This document shows, in pieces, positions 1-14,400 of a DNA stretch of 64,000 bases. Both the position numbers and the translations under genes were made by a program. This DNA comes from an uncultured Planctomycetota bacterium (lineage in GTDB: Bacteria; Planctomycetota; Planctomycetia; Isosphaerales; Isosphaeraceae), in contig CAWGMQ010000003.1 in NCBI GenBank assembly GCA_963823665.1, positions 1,216,001-1,280,000 of the forward strand. Direction: 5' to 3'. The notes under the pieces are model-generated. The model saw nothing but the letters and a program-made list of their open reading frames with translations, did not search any database and was not told the origin of the DNA. How positions within the stretch are numbered: the stretch's first letter is position 1; the number at the start of each line of letters is the position of its first letter.

Positions 1-201
1 CCCATCGGGCGCCGTGGCCACCTGGCACGGATACTGCACCGCCGGCACAGTCGCAACCAGGCGAATCTTGAAGCCTTCCGGCACCTTGGGCAGGTCCGCT
101 CGCGCCGGCACGGAAGAAGCGCATATGGCGATAGTGCACAACACGGCCAGCGCCACGGCGGCGCGCCACGCCTGGTGGCGGCGAGTGATAAAGCAGTGCA
201 T
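1..201 (-). CDS. N-terminus (runs off window) of a secreted PVC-type membrane-bound dehydrogenase-domain / heme-binding protein
   Basis: Manual translation from ATG at 201: MHCFITRRHQAWRAAVALAVLCTIAICASSVPARADLPKVPEGFKIRLVATVPAVQYPCQVATAPDG. Signal peptide followed by the 'PEGF.I.LVA..P.V..P' start typical of this planctomycete family. Confidence 0.6.
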   Translation of the reverse strand, partial: MHCFITRRHQAWRAAVALAVLCTIAICASSVPARADLPKVPEGFKIRLVATVPAVQYPCQVATAPDG

Positions 202-574
202 CAGCGGGTGATTCCTCATTCCTCGCGGTGTGCGTTCGGCGGGAGACGAATGAACGCGACCGGCACGTCCATCCGTCAGGCAATGCAGGATGGTCAACTT
301 GCGGCAGGCAATCCGATTATAGACCCACGCATCCAAACACTGCAACCTGAGGCGATACGCCGGCATCGCCAGAGATCGGATGGTACGAAATGGTAATATC
401 TGGTAAGAAATTAAAGAAATCCGACTTCCCCCCACTCGCGGATCTCAGTCCCTGCCAAGGCTTTGCGTCGCTTGCCCGACGCAAGAGGCGGCAAAGCGTT
501 ACCATCGCCCCACTCGCGGTTCGCCGGCGGCCCGCTTGTCTCGCGTGTTGAGAGTCGCTCGACCGCACCACTCC

Positions 575-640
575 CGCTCTTGATCTTCATCTTATTAATC
601 TCAATCTTGATCCTAATCGTAATCCCAGTCCTAACTCTGC
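575..640. repeat. Degenerate hexamer (ATCTTG/ATCGTA-like) simple repeat in intergenic DNA
   Basis: ctcttgatcttcatcttattaatctcaatcttgatcctaatcgtaatccc, period about 6. Confidence 0.55.
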
Positions 641-2404
641 TCCCACCTCCATGTTCAACCGTCCACTCCGAGCGACCACTTCGTTTTGTACATTCGTCTC
701 GCGCCCTTATCCCACAAGGACTACGGGAACGCACTCGCTCGTTCTCGATGGCGAGCCACGGCCCAAACTCGAAGCCAAAAACTCGCCCGCGAGCACGTCG
801 CTTTGATCCAAAATCGCCACGGCGCGGCCCGCGACGCGCTCCATCCCCAAATCCGGAGTCGGCCACCATCCGCAAGTGCAAATGGCAAAACGGCTTCGGT
901 CCATCCATGAGCTTTTAGCCCCCTGGCGCAAAATGATATCTTTTGATAGCAAGAATCGAAGAACTTCGCCTTCCTCCGACCGGTGCCGGCGAGCGACTCC
1001 CGCACTTGAATGACGGCACGGCAAAGCGACGGAGTCACTCTGCGCAATGCCAAATCTTGCCTGGCTTTCGGTTTTTCTCGCACCGCATTTACGCGTTGCA
1101 CTTTCTTGCACTCGATTGCACTACTTGCGTGAATTTCGCCGCTGTTCTCACGAAGAGTAGAAATCGACGAGGAGGTAGGAAAGCAAAGGGAGCCGCCCCA
1201 GGTCAGCGGCCCAGGCCCGTCGGCACGCCGTCGAAGGGCTCGTAAGGGACGAGTGCGAGTTCTGAAGTTCAATGCTCGAATGTCGCTCATGTGAGATGGA
1301 GATTGGACAACGCCTGTTTCGAATTCGGGATGGAATGAATGGGAGATTCGAGCCACGGACCAACCAGCATGGTCGTCCCGGCAACCCGCACCCTCGCGAC
1401 GCCGTCCAGTCCAGCCCCGCGCGTGCGACGCGCTTCCCCCTGATGATAATATGCGACGGGTTTGCGGCCCCGACAACATTTTGTAAGTGCTTTCTTATTC
1501 GACTAAAAACGCAAGTTCAAGCGAGCAAAAGAATTGACCACGGTTTCATGTCGATATGTTGAGCCCGTTCAACGCGCATTGAAAACTGCCCGGCGGAACA
1601 TTCCTGATCACTCAGTCGGTGCCTGGCCCTCGACGCGGGGCAATCATTTTGCGCAATGCGGCGAGCGCGCCGAAATTGTGCGAATTGTCGCCGTCAGAAT
1701 CTTCGAACACCGAGTCCCGGTCCGACACAACCCGCTCACCGCGACGGACGACATCATCTCCTTCGATCCGATCCGTTCGCATTCGTGCGGATAATCATGA
1801 TGTGATTGCATCATGTTGACCATCAAGCGATCAAGCCTCTCTCCAATTGACCTGGATTTTTTCGACGAAGCGGCACGCTCACCGCATCGTGAAGCCAAGA
1901 CTCTAATTAGGCAAGTTTGTCGGACGCGCGACTCCCTGATTTGCGCGAAAGAACTCAGCTTAGTCGCGCAAGCTGCCTCAAGACCGTCCGTGATTACTGT
2001 TGGAGGCGCGCGATTCCGACGCACGTGAGTTATGCAACAATTCTTAAACTATTCATTGAGCCGTGCAGACGGGCCATTGCAGGGTAACTTGACGAGACCA
2101 GGCGACGGCGTGCGCCGTCATTCTGCTGATTTGCAAAGGAGCGCGGGACTAGGCCAAGCCTGTTGTCACTTTACATGAGCGAACGGCTGCCAGCAATGAT
2201 TGCCGGGTCAAGCAGCGTCTGTTCGCACGCAAGATTTTGATGCTCTGATTTCTGATCCCGAGACATCGACGATGATCTCGGGCGCATTTCACCCAGATTC
2301 GATTGCGATTCTGCACAGAACGATCGTCCACGATTCGACGAACGCCGTCGATTGATTCAAGAGCCCGTCGACGTAGAGCCAGTTCGCTCCATGAGGTGCA
2401 CCCA

Positions 2405-5400
2405 ATGAAACCCGACGCGCACAAATACCGTCCATCACGTCGTCAAAACGGTCGCATAGGCGACCACGCCCTCCGCTTGTTCTGCGAAGTGCTCGAAGAC
2501 CGCACAATGCTGTCGACGATGGACTTCACCAACCCCGCCGGCGGCCTCTGGGGCACTGCGGCCAATTGGACAAATGCAGCCGTCCCGACTGACCACCACG
2601 TTCCGAACTCGACCGACAACGCGGTCATCGACGTGGCCGGAAACGTTACGGTCACGTACCAAGGCAGCCAGCCTACAGTCGAGAACATTGAGAACGACGA
2701 CACGCTTTGGGTCAACGGCTCGAGCGCTGGAGGCACTGCCAACCTGACGATGAGTCAAGGGATGACGAACAGCGGTACGATCCTGCTCGAGTCGAGCAGC
2801 GGGGGCTACCAGTCCAGCATCGCCACCGGATCGAGCACCCTGACCAACCTCGGCACCATCCAAGCCTCCCTCGGCTCCGGCGGCGCTCGCATCATCAGCG
2901 GCACCCTCGCCAATCAGGGTTCGGTCTCCGCCGATAACAACGATTACCTCGAGATCACGGGTACCTATCAGGCGCAGGGTGGCACCACGACCGGGCCCGC
3001 CGAACTCTATAGCTGCAAGCTCTACGAGACCACCTCCCCAGCCGCAACGTCGACCATCGTCATCGCCAGCACCAGCGACACCCTGGAAACCGACAACCTG
3101 ACCGGATACACCCTCTGGGTCAACGGCAGTTCCCTGTTCAACACCGATGCAATCCTCAACCTGGGCGGCAACGTCAATAACCGGGGCGCAATCCTGCTTG
3201 AGTCGAGCAACGGCGCCTACCAGTCCAACATCGCCACAGGTTCGAGCACCCTGACCAACCTCGGCACCATCCAAGCCTCCCTCGGCTCCGGCGGCGCTCG
3301 CATCATCAGCGGCACCCTCGCCAATCAGGGTTCGGTCTCCGCCGATAACAACGATTACCTCGAGATCACGGGTACATATCAGGCGCAGGGTGGCACCACG
3401 ACCGGGCCCGCCGAACTCTATAGCTGCAAGCTCTACGAGACCACCTCCCCAGCCGCAACGTCGACCATCGTCATCGCCAGCACCAGCGACACCCTGGAAA
3501 CCGACAACCTGACCGGATACACCCTCTGGGTCAACGGCAGTTCCCTGTTCAACACCGATGCAATCCTCAACCTGGGCGGCAACGTCAATAACCGGGGCGC
3601 AATCCTGCTTGAGTCGAGCAACGGCGCCTACCAGTCCAACATCGCCACAGGTTCGAGCACCCTGACCAACCTCGGCACCATCCAAGCCTCCCTCGGCTCC
3701 GGCGGCGCTCGCATCATCAGCGGCACCCTCGCCAATCAGGGTTCGGTCTCCGCCGATAACAACGATTACCTCGAGATCACGGGTACCTATCAGGCGCAGG
3801 GTGGCACCACGACCGGGCCCGCCGAACTCTATAGCTGCAAGCTCTACGAGACCGCCTCGCCAGCCTCAGCGTCGACTATCGTCGTCGCCAGCACCAGCGA
3901 CACTCTGGAAACCGACAACCTCTCCGGGTACACCGTCTGGGTCAACGGCAGTTCCCTGTTCAACACCGATGCAATCCTCAACTTGGGCGCCAACGTCAAT
4001 AACCGAGGCGCAATCCTGCTTGAATCGAGCAACGGTGCCTACCAGTCCAACATCGCCACCGGATCGAGCACCCTGACCAACCTCGGCACCATCCAAGCCT
4101 CCCTCGGCTCCGGCGGCGCTCGCATCATCAGCGGCACCCTCGCCAATCAGGGTTCGGTCTCCGCCGATAACAACGATTACCTCGAGATCACGGGTACATA
4201 TCAGGCGCAGGGTGGCACCACGACCGGGCCCGCCGAACTCTATAGCTGCAAGCTCTACGAGACCACCTCCCCAGCCGCAACGTCGACCATCGTCATCGCC
4301 AGCACCAGCGACACCCTGGAAACCGACAACCTGACCGGATACACCCTCTGGGTCAACGGCAGTTCCCTGTTCGACACCGATGCAATCCTCAACCTGGGCG
4401 GCAACGTCAATAACCGGGGCGCAATCCTGCTTGAGTCGAGCAACGGCGCCTACCAGTCCAACATCGCCACAGGTTCGAGCACCCTGACCAACCTCGGCAC
4501 CATCCAAGCCTCCCTCGGCTCCGGCGGCGCTCGCATCATCAGCGGCACCCTCGCCAATCAGGGTTCGGTCTCCGCCGATAACAACGATTACCTCGAGATC
4601 ACGGGTACCTATCAGGCGCAGGGTGGCACCACGACCGGGCCCGCCGAACTCTATAGCTGCAAGCTCTACGAGACCGCCTCGCCAGCCTCAGCGTCGACTA
4701 TCGTCGTCGCCAGCACCAGCGACACTCTGGAAACCGACAACCTCTCCGGGTACACCGTCTGGGTCAACGGCAGTTCCCTGTTCAACACCGATGCAATCCT
4801 CAACTTGGGCGCCAACGTCAACAACAATGGCACGATCCTGCTGCAGTCCAGCAACGGCGCCTACCAGTCCAACATCGCGGCTGGCTCATTCACCTTGACC
4901 AATGCGCCTGGCGGCACGATCCAGATCAACCCCGGTAGCGGCGGGGCCCGCTCGATCGGCGCAACGAGCACCCTGACATCGAACCTGCTCACCAACCCCG
5001 GCGCGGAAACCGGGAATCTAGGCGGCTGGACCATCGGCGGAACTTCGAATCCCACGGTAGACAGCGGCTCGTTCGATCCCGGCATCAATCCACATAGCGG
5101 CAGCTACGATTTCCGCGGTGGCACCGGTGCGTCGGGCACGTTAACTCAGAACGTACCGCTCGTCGGCACGCAGGGCATCACCGCCGCGGCCATCGACACG
5201 GGAAGCTTGACAGCCATAGTCGGATTCTGGGAACAAGGCCTGAACCAGGGATCGCCCAGTGACGACGCTCAGGTTACGTTGACCTTCCGCAACGGTTCCG
5301 GCACCATTCTGAGCACAGCCTCAACGCCTGAGGTTGACTCACATAACGGAACCTGGCAGCAATACACAAGCGGCGTCTTGATTCCAGTCGGCACGCGCTC

Positions 5401-8400
5401 GATCGACTACACAATCCAGTTCATACGCCACTTCGGCAGTGACCTGGATGCCTTCGTGGACGACACAAGCCTCGCCGTCGGTGGCGCCGCCGTCGTGAAT
5501 AACGGCACCGTCAATTTCGACGCAAACACAACGCTCGGAGCGGCCGGAGCCAGCTTCGTCAACGCCGGCCTCATGAGCATCGCGGGCACGACCGTAACCC
5601 TGGTCGGCGCCGCGTTCACGAACTCCGTCGGCGGACTCGTGAGCGGTCACGGCACGTTCAGCACGTCCGGACTTACGCTGACAAACAACGGCATCATCGA
5701 CCTCTCCCCCCCAAGTATTCTCGGCGTGGACCTCGAATCATCCTTCCTCGCGATCACGTATTACGACGCCACCGGAATGAATGCGGCGACAGTCACGAAT
5801 GCCGCAAATTACACGATTCTGGGCAGCGGAGGGGATGGGATCTTCGGCAACGGCAACGACGTCAATCGCTCCGCGGCTATCTCGGGGGTGACCTACAATG
5901 CATCCACGGAAACCGCGTTCGTCCAGTTCTCAAGCGCGCTGCCCAACGACTTCTACCGCGTACAGGTGAATGGAAGCGCTGTACAGAACGCTGCCGGAAC
6001 GCAGCTCCTGGCTGGAACCCAGGACCAGGTGAATCGAGTCCTCGGCGCGGTGTCCGCACTGGCCACCGTGAATCTCGACCCGGCGAGTGACTCGGGCGCC
6101 TCGAACAGCGACGGCATCACGAACGTCAAGACGCCGACCTTCGACGTCCAGGTAAACCAGGCTGGCACGATCCAGATGGATTTCGACGGCAACGGCACGA
6201 TCGACGCGACTCTTTCCGTACAGATTGCGGGGGAGTACCCATTCACGGCGCCAACGCTGGCCGACGGGTCCTATCTCGCCACGGTTCACTTCACCGCCGC
6301 TAACGGCAGTTCGGACGTGACGACCACCGCTTTCACCATCGACACCAAAGCTCTCAGTGTCGTGCCGCAGGCGAGCGGGCCGGGCACTGCTCTGCACTTC
6401 GACGGCGTGAATGATTACGTGCCGGTCGGCAACCTCGGCGCCCGGCCGAGCCAGGGAACAATTTCCTTCTGGATGGAAGCGGACGTTGTCCAGAGTTACC
6501 GCAACGTTTTGACGACCGGTCCGGTCACCTCAGACGGCACGAATGGCAACCAGGGTATCCGCTTTGAAGAATTCACAGGCGGTGAGTTCGGCGCGGTCAT
6601 CGGCAGTGATACGGCGAACAGTACGAGCGGCTTCACTGGCCACTCTTATACCGAAAACCTGCAGGTCGGGACCTGGTACAACGTCGCTCTCACCTGGGAT
6701 TCCACAACCAACCGTGTGGAAGGCTACCTCAACGGCGTGCTCGCGTTCAATGACTCGAACACAACGTGGCCCTCCAACTTCGCAAATCTCACCTTCGGCG
6801 TCGGCTGGTCCACGAGTCGGTATTGGGAGGGCGACATTGACGATGTCCAGCTTTGGGACATCCAGCGCTCCGCGGCACAGATCCAGACCGACATGAGCAT
6901 CCCGTTGACCGGAACCGAGACCGGCCTGATTGGTTACTGGCGCTTCGACGAAGGCAGCGGCGACTACATCACCGACACGTCAGGCCACGTTCCCAACGCC
7001 ATCCTTGGCGGCGGCAATTCGGCTCAGAGTCCCACGTGGGTGCCGTCGGGGGCCAGCATCACGTCAAGCATCGAGGTTGCGCCCCTGACCAGCCGGACGG
7101 TCGTTTTCAGCGAGGCCGTGGACCCCGCCACCATTTCCACGAGTGACTTTGTCTTGGAAGAGCCGGGCAACGCAGGCAGTGAGCCGATCACGTCGCTGAG
7201 CGGCTCCGGCGCGACTTGGACTGTCGGCTTTGCCTCGATCACCACTCCCGGACTCTACACACTTCTCGTCGGACCTCAGATCGCCGACATCGCGGGCAAC
7301 GAATTCGACGGCAACGGCAACGGCATCCAGGGAGAGCCCACCGACGCCGGACGCGACTTGTTCAATCTTGTCCTGTCGGCGTCGGTATCGCTCACGATGG
7401 ACCCCGCCAGCGACTCGGGTGCGTCAAGCGACGACGGAATCACGAACGTCACAGACCCAACGTTCGACGTCACCGCCAACCAAGCCGGCACAATCACAAT
7501 CGACTTCGACGGCAACGGCACGACCGACGCCACCGTGAACTTGCCGGCTGCAGGCACTTACCAGGTCGCTGCCGGAAATCTGGGCGACGGTACCTACACG
7601 GCGGAGGTCAACTTCCAGACGGACACCGGGCAAGCCGCCCAGGCAACGACGACCTATACCATCGACACGGTCGGGGCTCATGTCACCTCGATGACTCCCA
7701 GCGGAACCATTGGCACGAGCGCGTCCGACGTCATGGTCACCTTCAGCGAGCCGGTGGACCTGAATACGTTCATCCCCTCAGCGATCACATTCACCGGGCC
7801 CGGCGGACCGATCTCGGTCAACCAGCCGCAGCTTGTTTCGGGATCGACCTACGCCATCGGTTTCGCCGTTCAGGCGGCATCGGGTGCTTATGCCTTGACC
7901 ATCGCGCCGAGCGTCACCGACCTTGCCGGGAATAAGCTCGATCAGAACCAGAACGGCATCAACGGCGAACCCAGCGACTCCTTTACTGGTTCGTTCACGG
8001 AGAACTTGCCGGTCGGCGGCCCAATCACCCTGAACACGCCGGCGCTGGGCTTCATTCCCGCGAACATGGTGGACGACTGGACGTTCTTCGGCCGGGCGGG
8101 CCAGACCATCACAACCGTCGTGAGTCCGAGCGCTCCTGCAACCGTCGTGTCGCCACCGCCCCTCAACTACGCTCAGGTCTCTCTCGTCGATTCCAGCAAC
8201 AACGTCCTCGGCACAGTCAGCAACATGCAGATTGGAACCACCGCAACGCTGGCAAGCATCACGCTCCCCGCCGACGGCGTCTACCACGTCGAGATCCAGG
8301 CGCCTGCCGGCGAGCCCGGCATCACGGGCTTTTATGACCTCACCGTCGCCGATGCGACCGTGCACCAGATGCCCCTCATCGTCAACGAGACTGAGACCGG

Positions 8401-11400
8401 TCAACTGCTCGATAGCTTTAGCTCCGACCAGTGGACATTCTCGACCACGGCCAATCAGCAAGTGCAGCTCAATCAGGTCGTAGCTTCAAATTCCGGCATC
8501 GAGTTTGACCTCACCGGCCCGAACGGCTACACAGCCTTCCGTGGGCTGACAACGGGCTCGGGCGAGATCGACCTCCCGTTCACCGGCACCTACACGCTAA
8601 CCGTTCACACAGTCGGCCAACCCGGCGGATATGGATTCGAGCTCGACCAGGCTTCCCAGATCGCGCTCTCTTTGAACTCGCCCTACCACGTGCCGCTCGC
8701 CGGCAGCGGCCAGTCGCAGCTCTTCGAAGTCACGATGACGGCAGCCAACCCGCTTGAGATCGCTCTGACCGACGCCAACCCACTGGATCATAACGAGGTC
8801 TACGTCTCGTACGGCCAGCTCCCAACCCGCGACAGCTATGACGACCGCTTCACCGGCGGAGCAGCCCCGGATCAAACAGTCGCGCTGACAGCCAAGCCCG
8901 GCACATATTACATCCTGGTGTACAACAACCTGGTGAACGCCGCGGGTACCTACACGATCGAGGCCGACAGCGAGCCGTTCCTTCTGAGCGGCCTGACGCC
9001 GGGCAAGGTCGGCAACGCCGACGACACGACCCTGCAATTTTCGGGTGTCTTCCCCCTGGCGACTTCCAATGGCGGATACGTCATCAGCGACGCGCCGACA
9101 GTGCAGCTCATCGCCCAGAACGGGACGGTCATCCCGGCGACACCGTTGCCACTCAAGCCGCCGCCCTTCGGTACCCTCGGCGATCAGTCGAGTGGCGTCA
9201 ATCCGGACGGCACCATGACCGTCACCGCGATCCTCCCCGGCGGCGTCATTCTGCCTGGAACCTACTCGGTCCGCGTCACCGACAACACCGGTTACTCGCA
9301 GGCGCTTTCGAAACGCGCTCACCGTCGTTCAGGGTGGTCTCGGGATCCTCAAGACCAATGTGATCGTCCCGAACCCCATCGGCTACCACGAAGCAGCCAC
9401 GATCTACGTCCAGTACACGAACATCGGCGATGCGCCCCTCGCGGCCCCGATCCTGGTGCTGTCGGCAACGCAGAACGGTGTCGAAGGCGCGCTGATGACA
9501 CTCGACGCATCCAAGATCGTCTCCGGCTTCTGGACCACAGCCACGCCCGACGGCTACAGCCAGTCCGTGGAGTTCCTTGCGAGTGGCTCCGTCCCCGGCA
9601 TCCTCCAGCCCGGCGAGAGCGAGACTGTGCCGGTCTACTACGCCGGCTGGCTCGAAAACCAATGGGACTTCTCGCGTCCGCCAATCGATTTCAGCCTGGG
9701 GGTGCTCGACAACACCAACACTCAAACGATCGATTGGGCTTCGCTCGAGAGCAGCCTGCAGCCGCCCTCCATCAGCCAGGTAGCCTGGGCCGCACTCTAT
9801 CCCGATCTTACGTCCGAGCTCGGTTCCACGTGGGGAGACTACGTCAATAAGCTGGACGCCGACGCCCAGTACCTTGCCGGCCTCGGCGACAACGTCACCG
9901 ACATCGGCCAGTTGTTCAGTTTCGAGGTCCAGCAGGCAAACGGCTTCAGCCCGCTCTCGACCTTGGCCAGCGCCACGGACGCCCAGGTCGCTGCGCCCGG
10001 CCTTTCGCTCAGCATCGACAGGGATTTCGCACCTGGGATCATCGCGCGAAACGAGTTTGGCCCATTCGGCTGGGGTTGGTCCGACTCCTGGGACACCTCC
10101 ATCTCCGTCGATTCGGATGGTTCTGTGAACGTGCTCGGGCCCGACGGCTCGCTGCGCCGGTTCCAACCCGATAGCCGCGGCGGCTATTTCGATCAGCCGG
10201 GCGACTACGGCACGCTGGCAGCGCTTCCCGGTGGCGGCTACACGCTGACCGAGCTCGACGGCCAGGTCACTGCATATAACCCGGACGGGACGCTGAACTA
10301 CATCCAAGACACCAACGGCAATCGCATCACCACGAGCTACACCGATGGCTTACTGACCAAGTTAACCCATTCGTCCGGCCAGTTCCTTCTGCTGGCCTAC
10401 AACAACGCAGGCCTGATTTCCTCGATCACCGATTCCGATGGCCGAACCACGACCTACCATTACGATCCGACGGATCAATACTTGACGTCGGTGGTCGACT
10501 TCAACGGCCAGACCACCAGCTACACCTACGACACCGGTGCGAATGCTGCGACCGCCCATGCCCTGCTTTCGGTAACCAACTCCGACGGCACGCACGACTA
10601 TTACACTTACAACAGCGTTGGCCAGCTCTCAGACGCACACCGGGACGGCGGCAGTGAGGACACGATCTTCTCCTACAGCGAAGGTCAGGTCGTTGTCGCA
10701 GACGCACTCGGCGACGCCACGACGTACTCATTTGACAATCGTGGCTTGCTGCTCCAGGTCCAGAATCCTCTTGGAGACACCGTTCACTACTCTTACGACA
10801 GCAACTTGAACCTGATCCAGACGACCGACGCCGCGGGACAGGTCTACACAAACACGTATGACAACTACGGGAACGTCCTCACCTCGACCGATCCGCTCGG
10901 TCATACTGTCAGCTACACCTACGACTGCACCTACGACACGTTGGCCTCTGTAACTGATCCCAACGGAAACACCACTAATTACGCCTACGACGGCAAGGCC
11001 AACCTCACTTCGACGACCTATCCCGATGGCACGGTGGAATCCGTGGCGTACGACCCGATCGGCAATGTCCTGAGCTCGACCGATCCGTTGGGCCAGACCA
11101 CGCAGTACACATACGACGCGGCTGGTGACATCCTCACAGAGACGTTCGCTGATGGCTCGGAGAATGTCTTCACATACGACTCCCATCAAAATCTCACGAG
11201 CGCCACCGACGCGAGCGGCACGACGATCTTGACCTACAACCCAAGCGACGAGTTGGTCCAGATTACCTATCCTGGCGGCCATTACTTGAAGTACAGCTAC
11301 GACCAGGCCGGCCGGCGCATCGCGATGGTGGATGACACCGGATTTACCGTCAACTACGCGTATGACGCTGCCGGCAATTTGTCCGCATTGACCGATGGTT

Positions 11401-14400
11401 CCGGGAACCTTATCGCTCAGTACACCTACGACGCCGCCGGTCGACTGAGTCGCGAGGACGACGGCAACGGAACCTACACAATCTACACGTATGACGCCGC
11501 CGGTGAATTGTTGGATGTCGTCAACTACGCGCCGGACGGCACGATCAATTCCCGGTTCGACGACACCTTTGATTCCCTTGGCCGGCTCATTACCAAGGCG
11601 ACGTTAGACGGAACCTGGACGTTCACCTACGACGCGGTCGGCGAGTTGACCCACGCCGTTTTTGTGTCAACCAATCCACAGGTTGCGGACGAGGATTTGG
11701 CGTACTCCTACGACGCCGCAGGTAATCGTACGCAGACGGTCATCAACGGCGTGACGACGGACTACACGACGAACAATATGAATGAGTACACCCAGGTGGG
11801 TGACGCGCAATACAGCTACAACGCCGATGGTGACGTCACATCCATTTCCGACGCCGGCGGGACGACCAACTACTCGTACAATGCCAACGATCAGCTCGTC
11901 GCCGAGACGAGTCCGAGCGGTTCCTGGACGTTTCAGTACGACGCATTTGGCAACCGCGCCGGTGAGACAGATAACGGGCAAACCACACAATTTCTCTTCG
12001 ACCCGAGCGGTGACTTGCTAGCGGCATACGGCGGGAACGGAAGCTCTGTCGCTCATTACACTTATGGTCTGGGATCCGGACCCATCAACGAGGTCATGCA
12101 GGGAGGCACGGAGTACTATTATGCTTATTGCTCCTCAGGCAACACCATGGGGCTCACAAACGCGGCAGGCGTTCAAATCCAGACGTATAATTACGACCCG
12201 TTCGGTAATTCCCTCGGTTCGTCGGGTAGTGTATTCAACCTTTTCACCGTCGGCGGCCAAGAGGGCGCAATTACCAATAGCGACGGCACCGTCAGTACTC
12301 CATCTGGCGATGACCACACCGATCTCGGCCGACCCGAAGACAAAAGCGAGTTCGAGATCGGTCCAATCCTCGCAACGATCTTCGATGTCGTTTCGAATGG
12401 CCTTGATGCGATTGGCAAGGAAGTGTCGCTCATAAGTAATGCAGAGCCATTCGTATCGATCTATTCAATCTATCACGCATATGGAGAGGGGCCGGCGAAC
12501 GTCGCTTTTACGCTCACAACCTATCTCGCCGGAATTGCTAGTTTTATAACCAAGTCCGACGCGAATTTGGTGGCAGAACGAGCAGTGACGGTCAGTACTC
12601 GATACGCACTCGTCAATGCGCGAATTCTGACGATCGAAGCGCCTTTCATCGAGTCAGTGTCCGTCTCTGCCATTCTCCCCTATAGCGAGACGATTCTGGA
12701 TGCCGCCTTGTTGGCTGATGCTGCCTTCCTGGACGTTGCCGCGGCGCGTTACGCCCTCGCGGCTCTAGCAATCATTGGCGCTGAGCAACTTTATAATTAC
12801 ATAGCCAATTATGTTAAGGTAATTTATGTTGACTCTTGCACCGCCGTCAACTCCCACGACCCCAACGACAAAGTCGGTCCCGCCGGCTACGGCCCACAAA
12901 ACTTCGTCAGCGCCGCCAACCCACTCCCCTACCGCGTCGACTTCGAAAACTCCCCCACAGCCACAGCCCCCGCCCAGCGTGTCGACGTCACCGATCAGCT
13001 CGACCCGAACCTCGACTGGTCCACTTTCCAGTGGACCAGCTTCGGCTTCGGCGACAACGTCATCACCATCCCGCCCAATACGCAGAACTACGAAACCACC
13101 GTGCCGATGACCTACAACGGCGTGACCTTCCGCGTCGTCATCGACCTCAACTTGAACCCGCTGACCGGTGTGCTCGACGCCTCGTTCCAGTCCTTGAACG
13201 CAGCCAACATGATGACCGGCCTCGCCACCTGCCCCGGCACGCTCAGCCTCGGTCCGGCCAACCCAGAGGCCGAGCTACCCCCGCCCGTCACGATCGGCTT
13301 CCTCCCGCCCGAAGACGGCACCGGACGCGGAATGGGCTTTATCACCTACACCGTCCAGCCCAAAGCCAGCGTGCCCACCGGCACCCAGATCCGCAACGTC
13401 GCCGACGTCACCTTCGACCTCGGCAACACGATCGCCACCGACCAGGTCAGTGACACCGACCCAACCCTCGGTGTCGACCCCACCAGGCAGGCCCTCGTCA
13501 CCATCGACAGCGTCGCACCCACGAGCAGCGTCGCCTCGCTTCCCGCCTTATCTTCAACGAACGCGTTCACCGTGAACTGGTCCGGCACGGATGACGCCGG
13601 CGGCTCAGGTCTCGCCTCCTACACGATCTTCGTCTCAAACGATGGCGGGCCGTTCGTCCCGTGGTTGACCAACACGACAGATACCTCTGCCAGCTATGTC
13701 GGACTCGACGGCCACACCTACGGCTTCTTCAGCATCGCCACCGACAACGTCGGCAACCAGGAGACGATCAAGACCGCGCCCGAAGCCTCGACCACGGTCG
13801 ATGTCGCCCCGCCGACCAGCTCCGTCACCGCACTCCCTCCGTTCAGTCCCGCGAGTTTCACCCTCGCCTGGTCCGGCACCGACACGAACGGTATCGGCAT
13901 CGCGTCGTACAACATCTATGTCTCCGATAACGGCGGTGCGTTCCAACCGCTCCTGATTGGCACAACCGCGACGTCCACCACGCTCACGGGTTCGAACGGC
14001 CACACCTACGGATTCTACAGCGTCGCCACCGACGACCTCGGCAACCAGCAGCCCGCTCAAGGATCCGCCCAGGCAAGCACCACGGTCGATTCCGCCGCAC
14101 CGACGAGCCTCCGTCGCCGCGTTGCCACTCTTCAGCCCGCTGACGTTCACAATCAGTTGGTCCGGCAGCGACAATCCCGGTGGCTCCGGACTGGCCAGCT
14201 ACTCTGTCTACGTTTCGGACAATGGAGCCGCCTTTGCCCCATTGATCACCGACACCACGCAGACAACCACGAGCTTCACCGGAGTCGACGGCCATCGCTA
14301 CGGTTTCTACAGCGTGGCGACGGACAACGTCGGCAACGTCGAGCCAACGCCGAGTTCCCCCGAAGCCACGACACTAGTCGACGTCACACCCCCGACCAGC

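Noticed and set aside
2780..4880. CRISPR array or DGR template repeats
   Set aside because: The units are 411-bp in-frame coding repeats without unique spacers, and differences are not adenine-specific.
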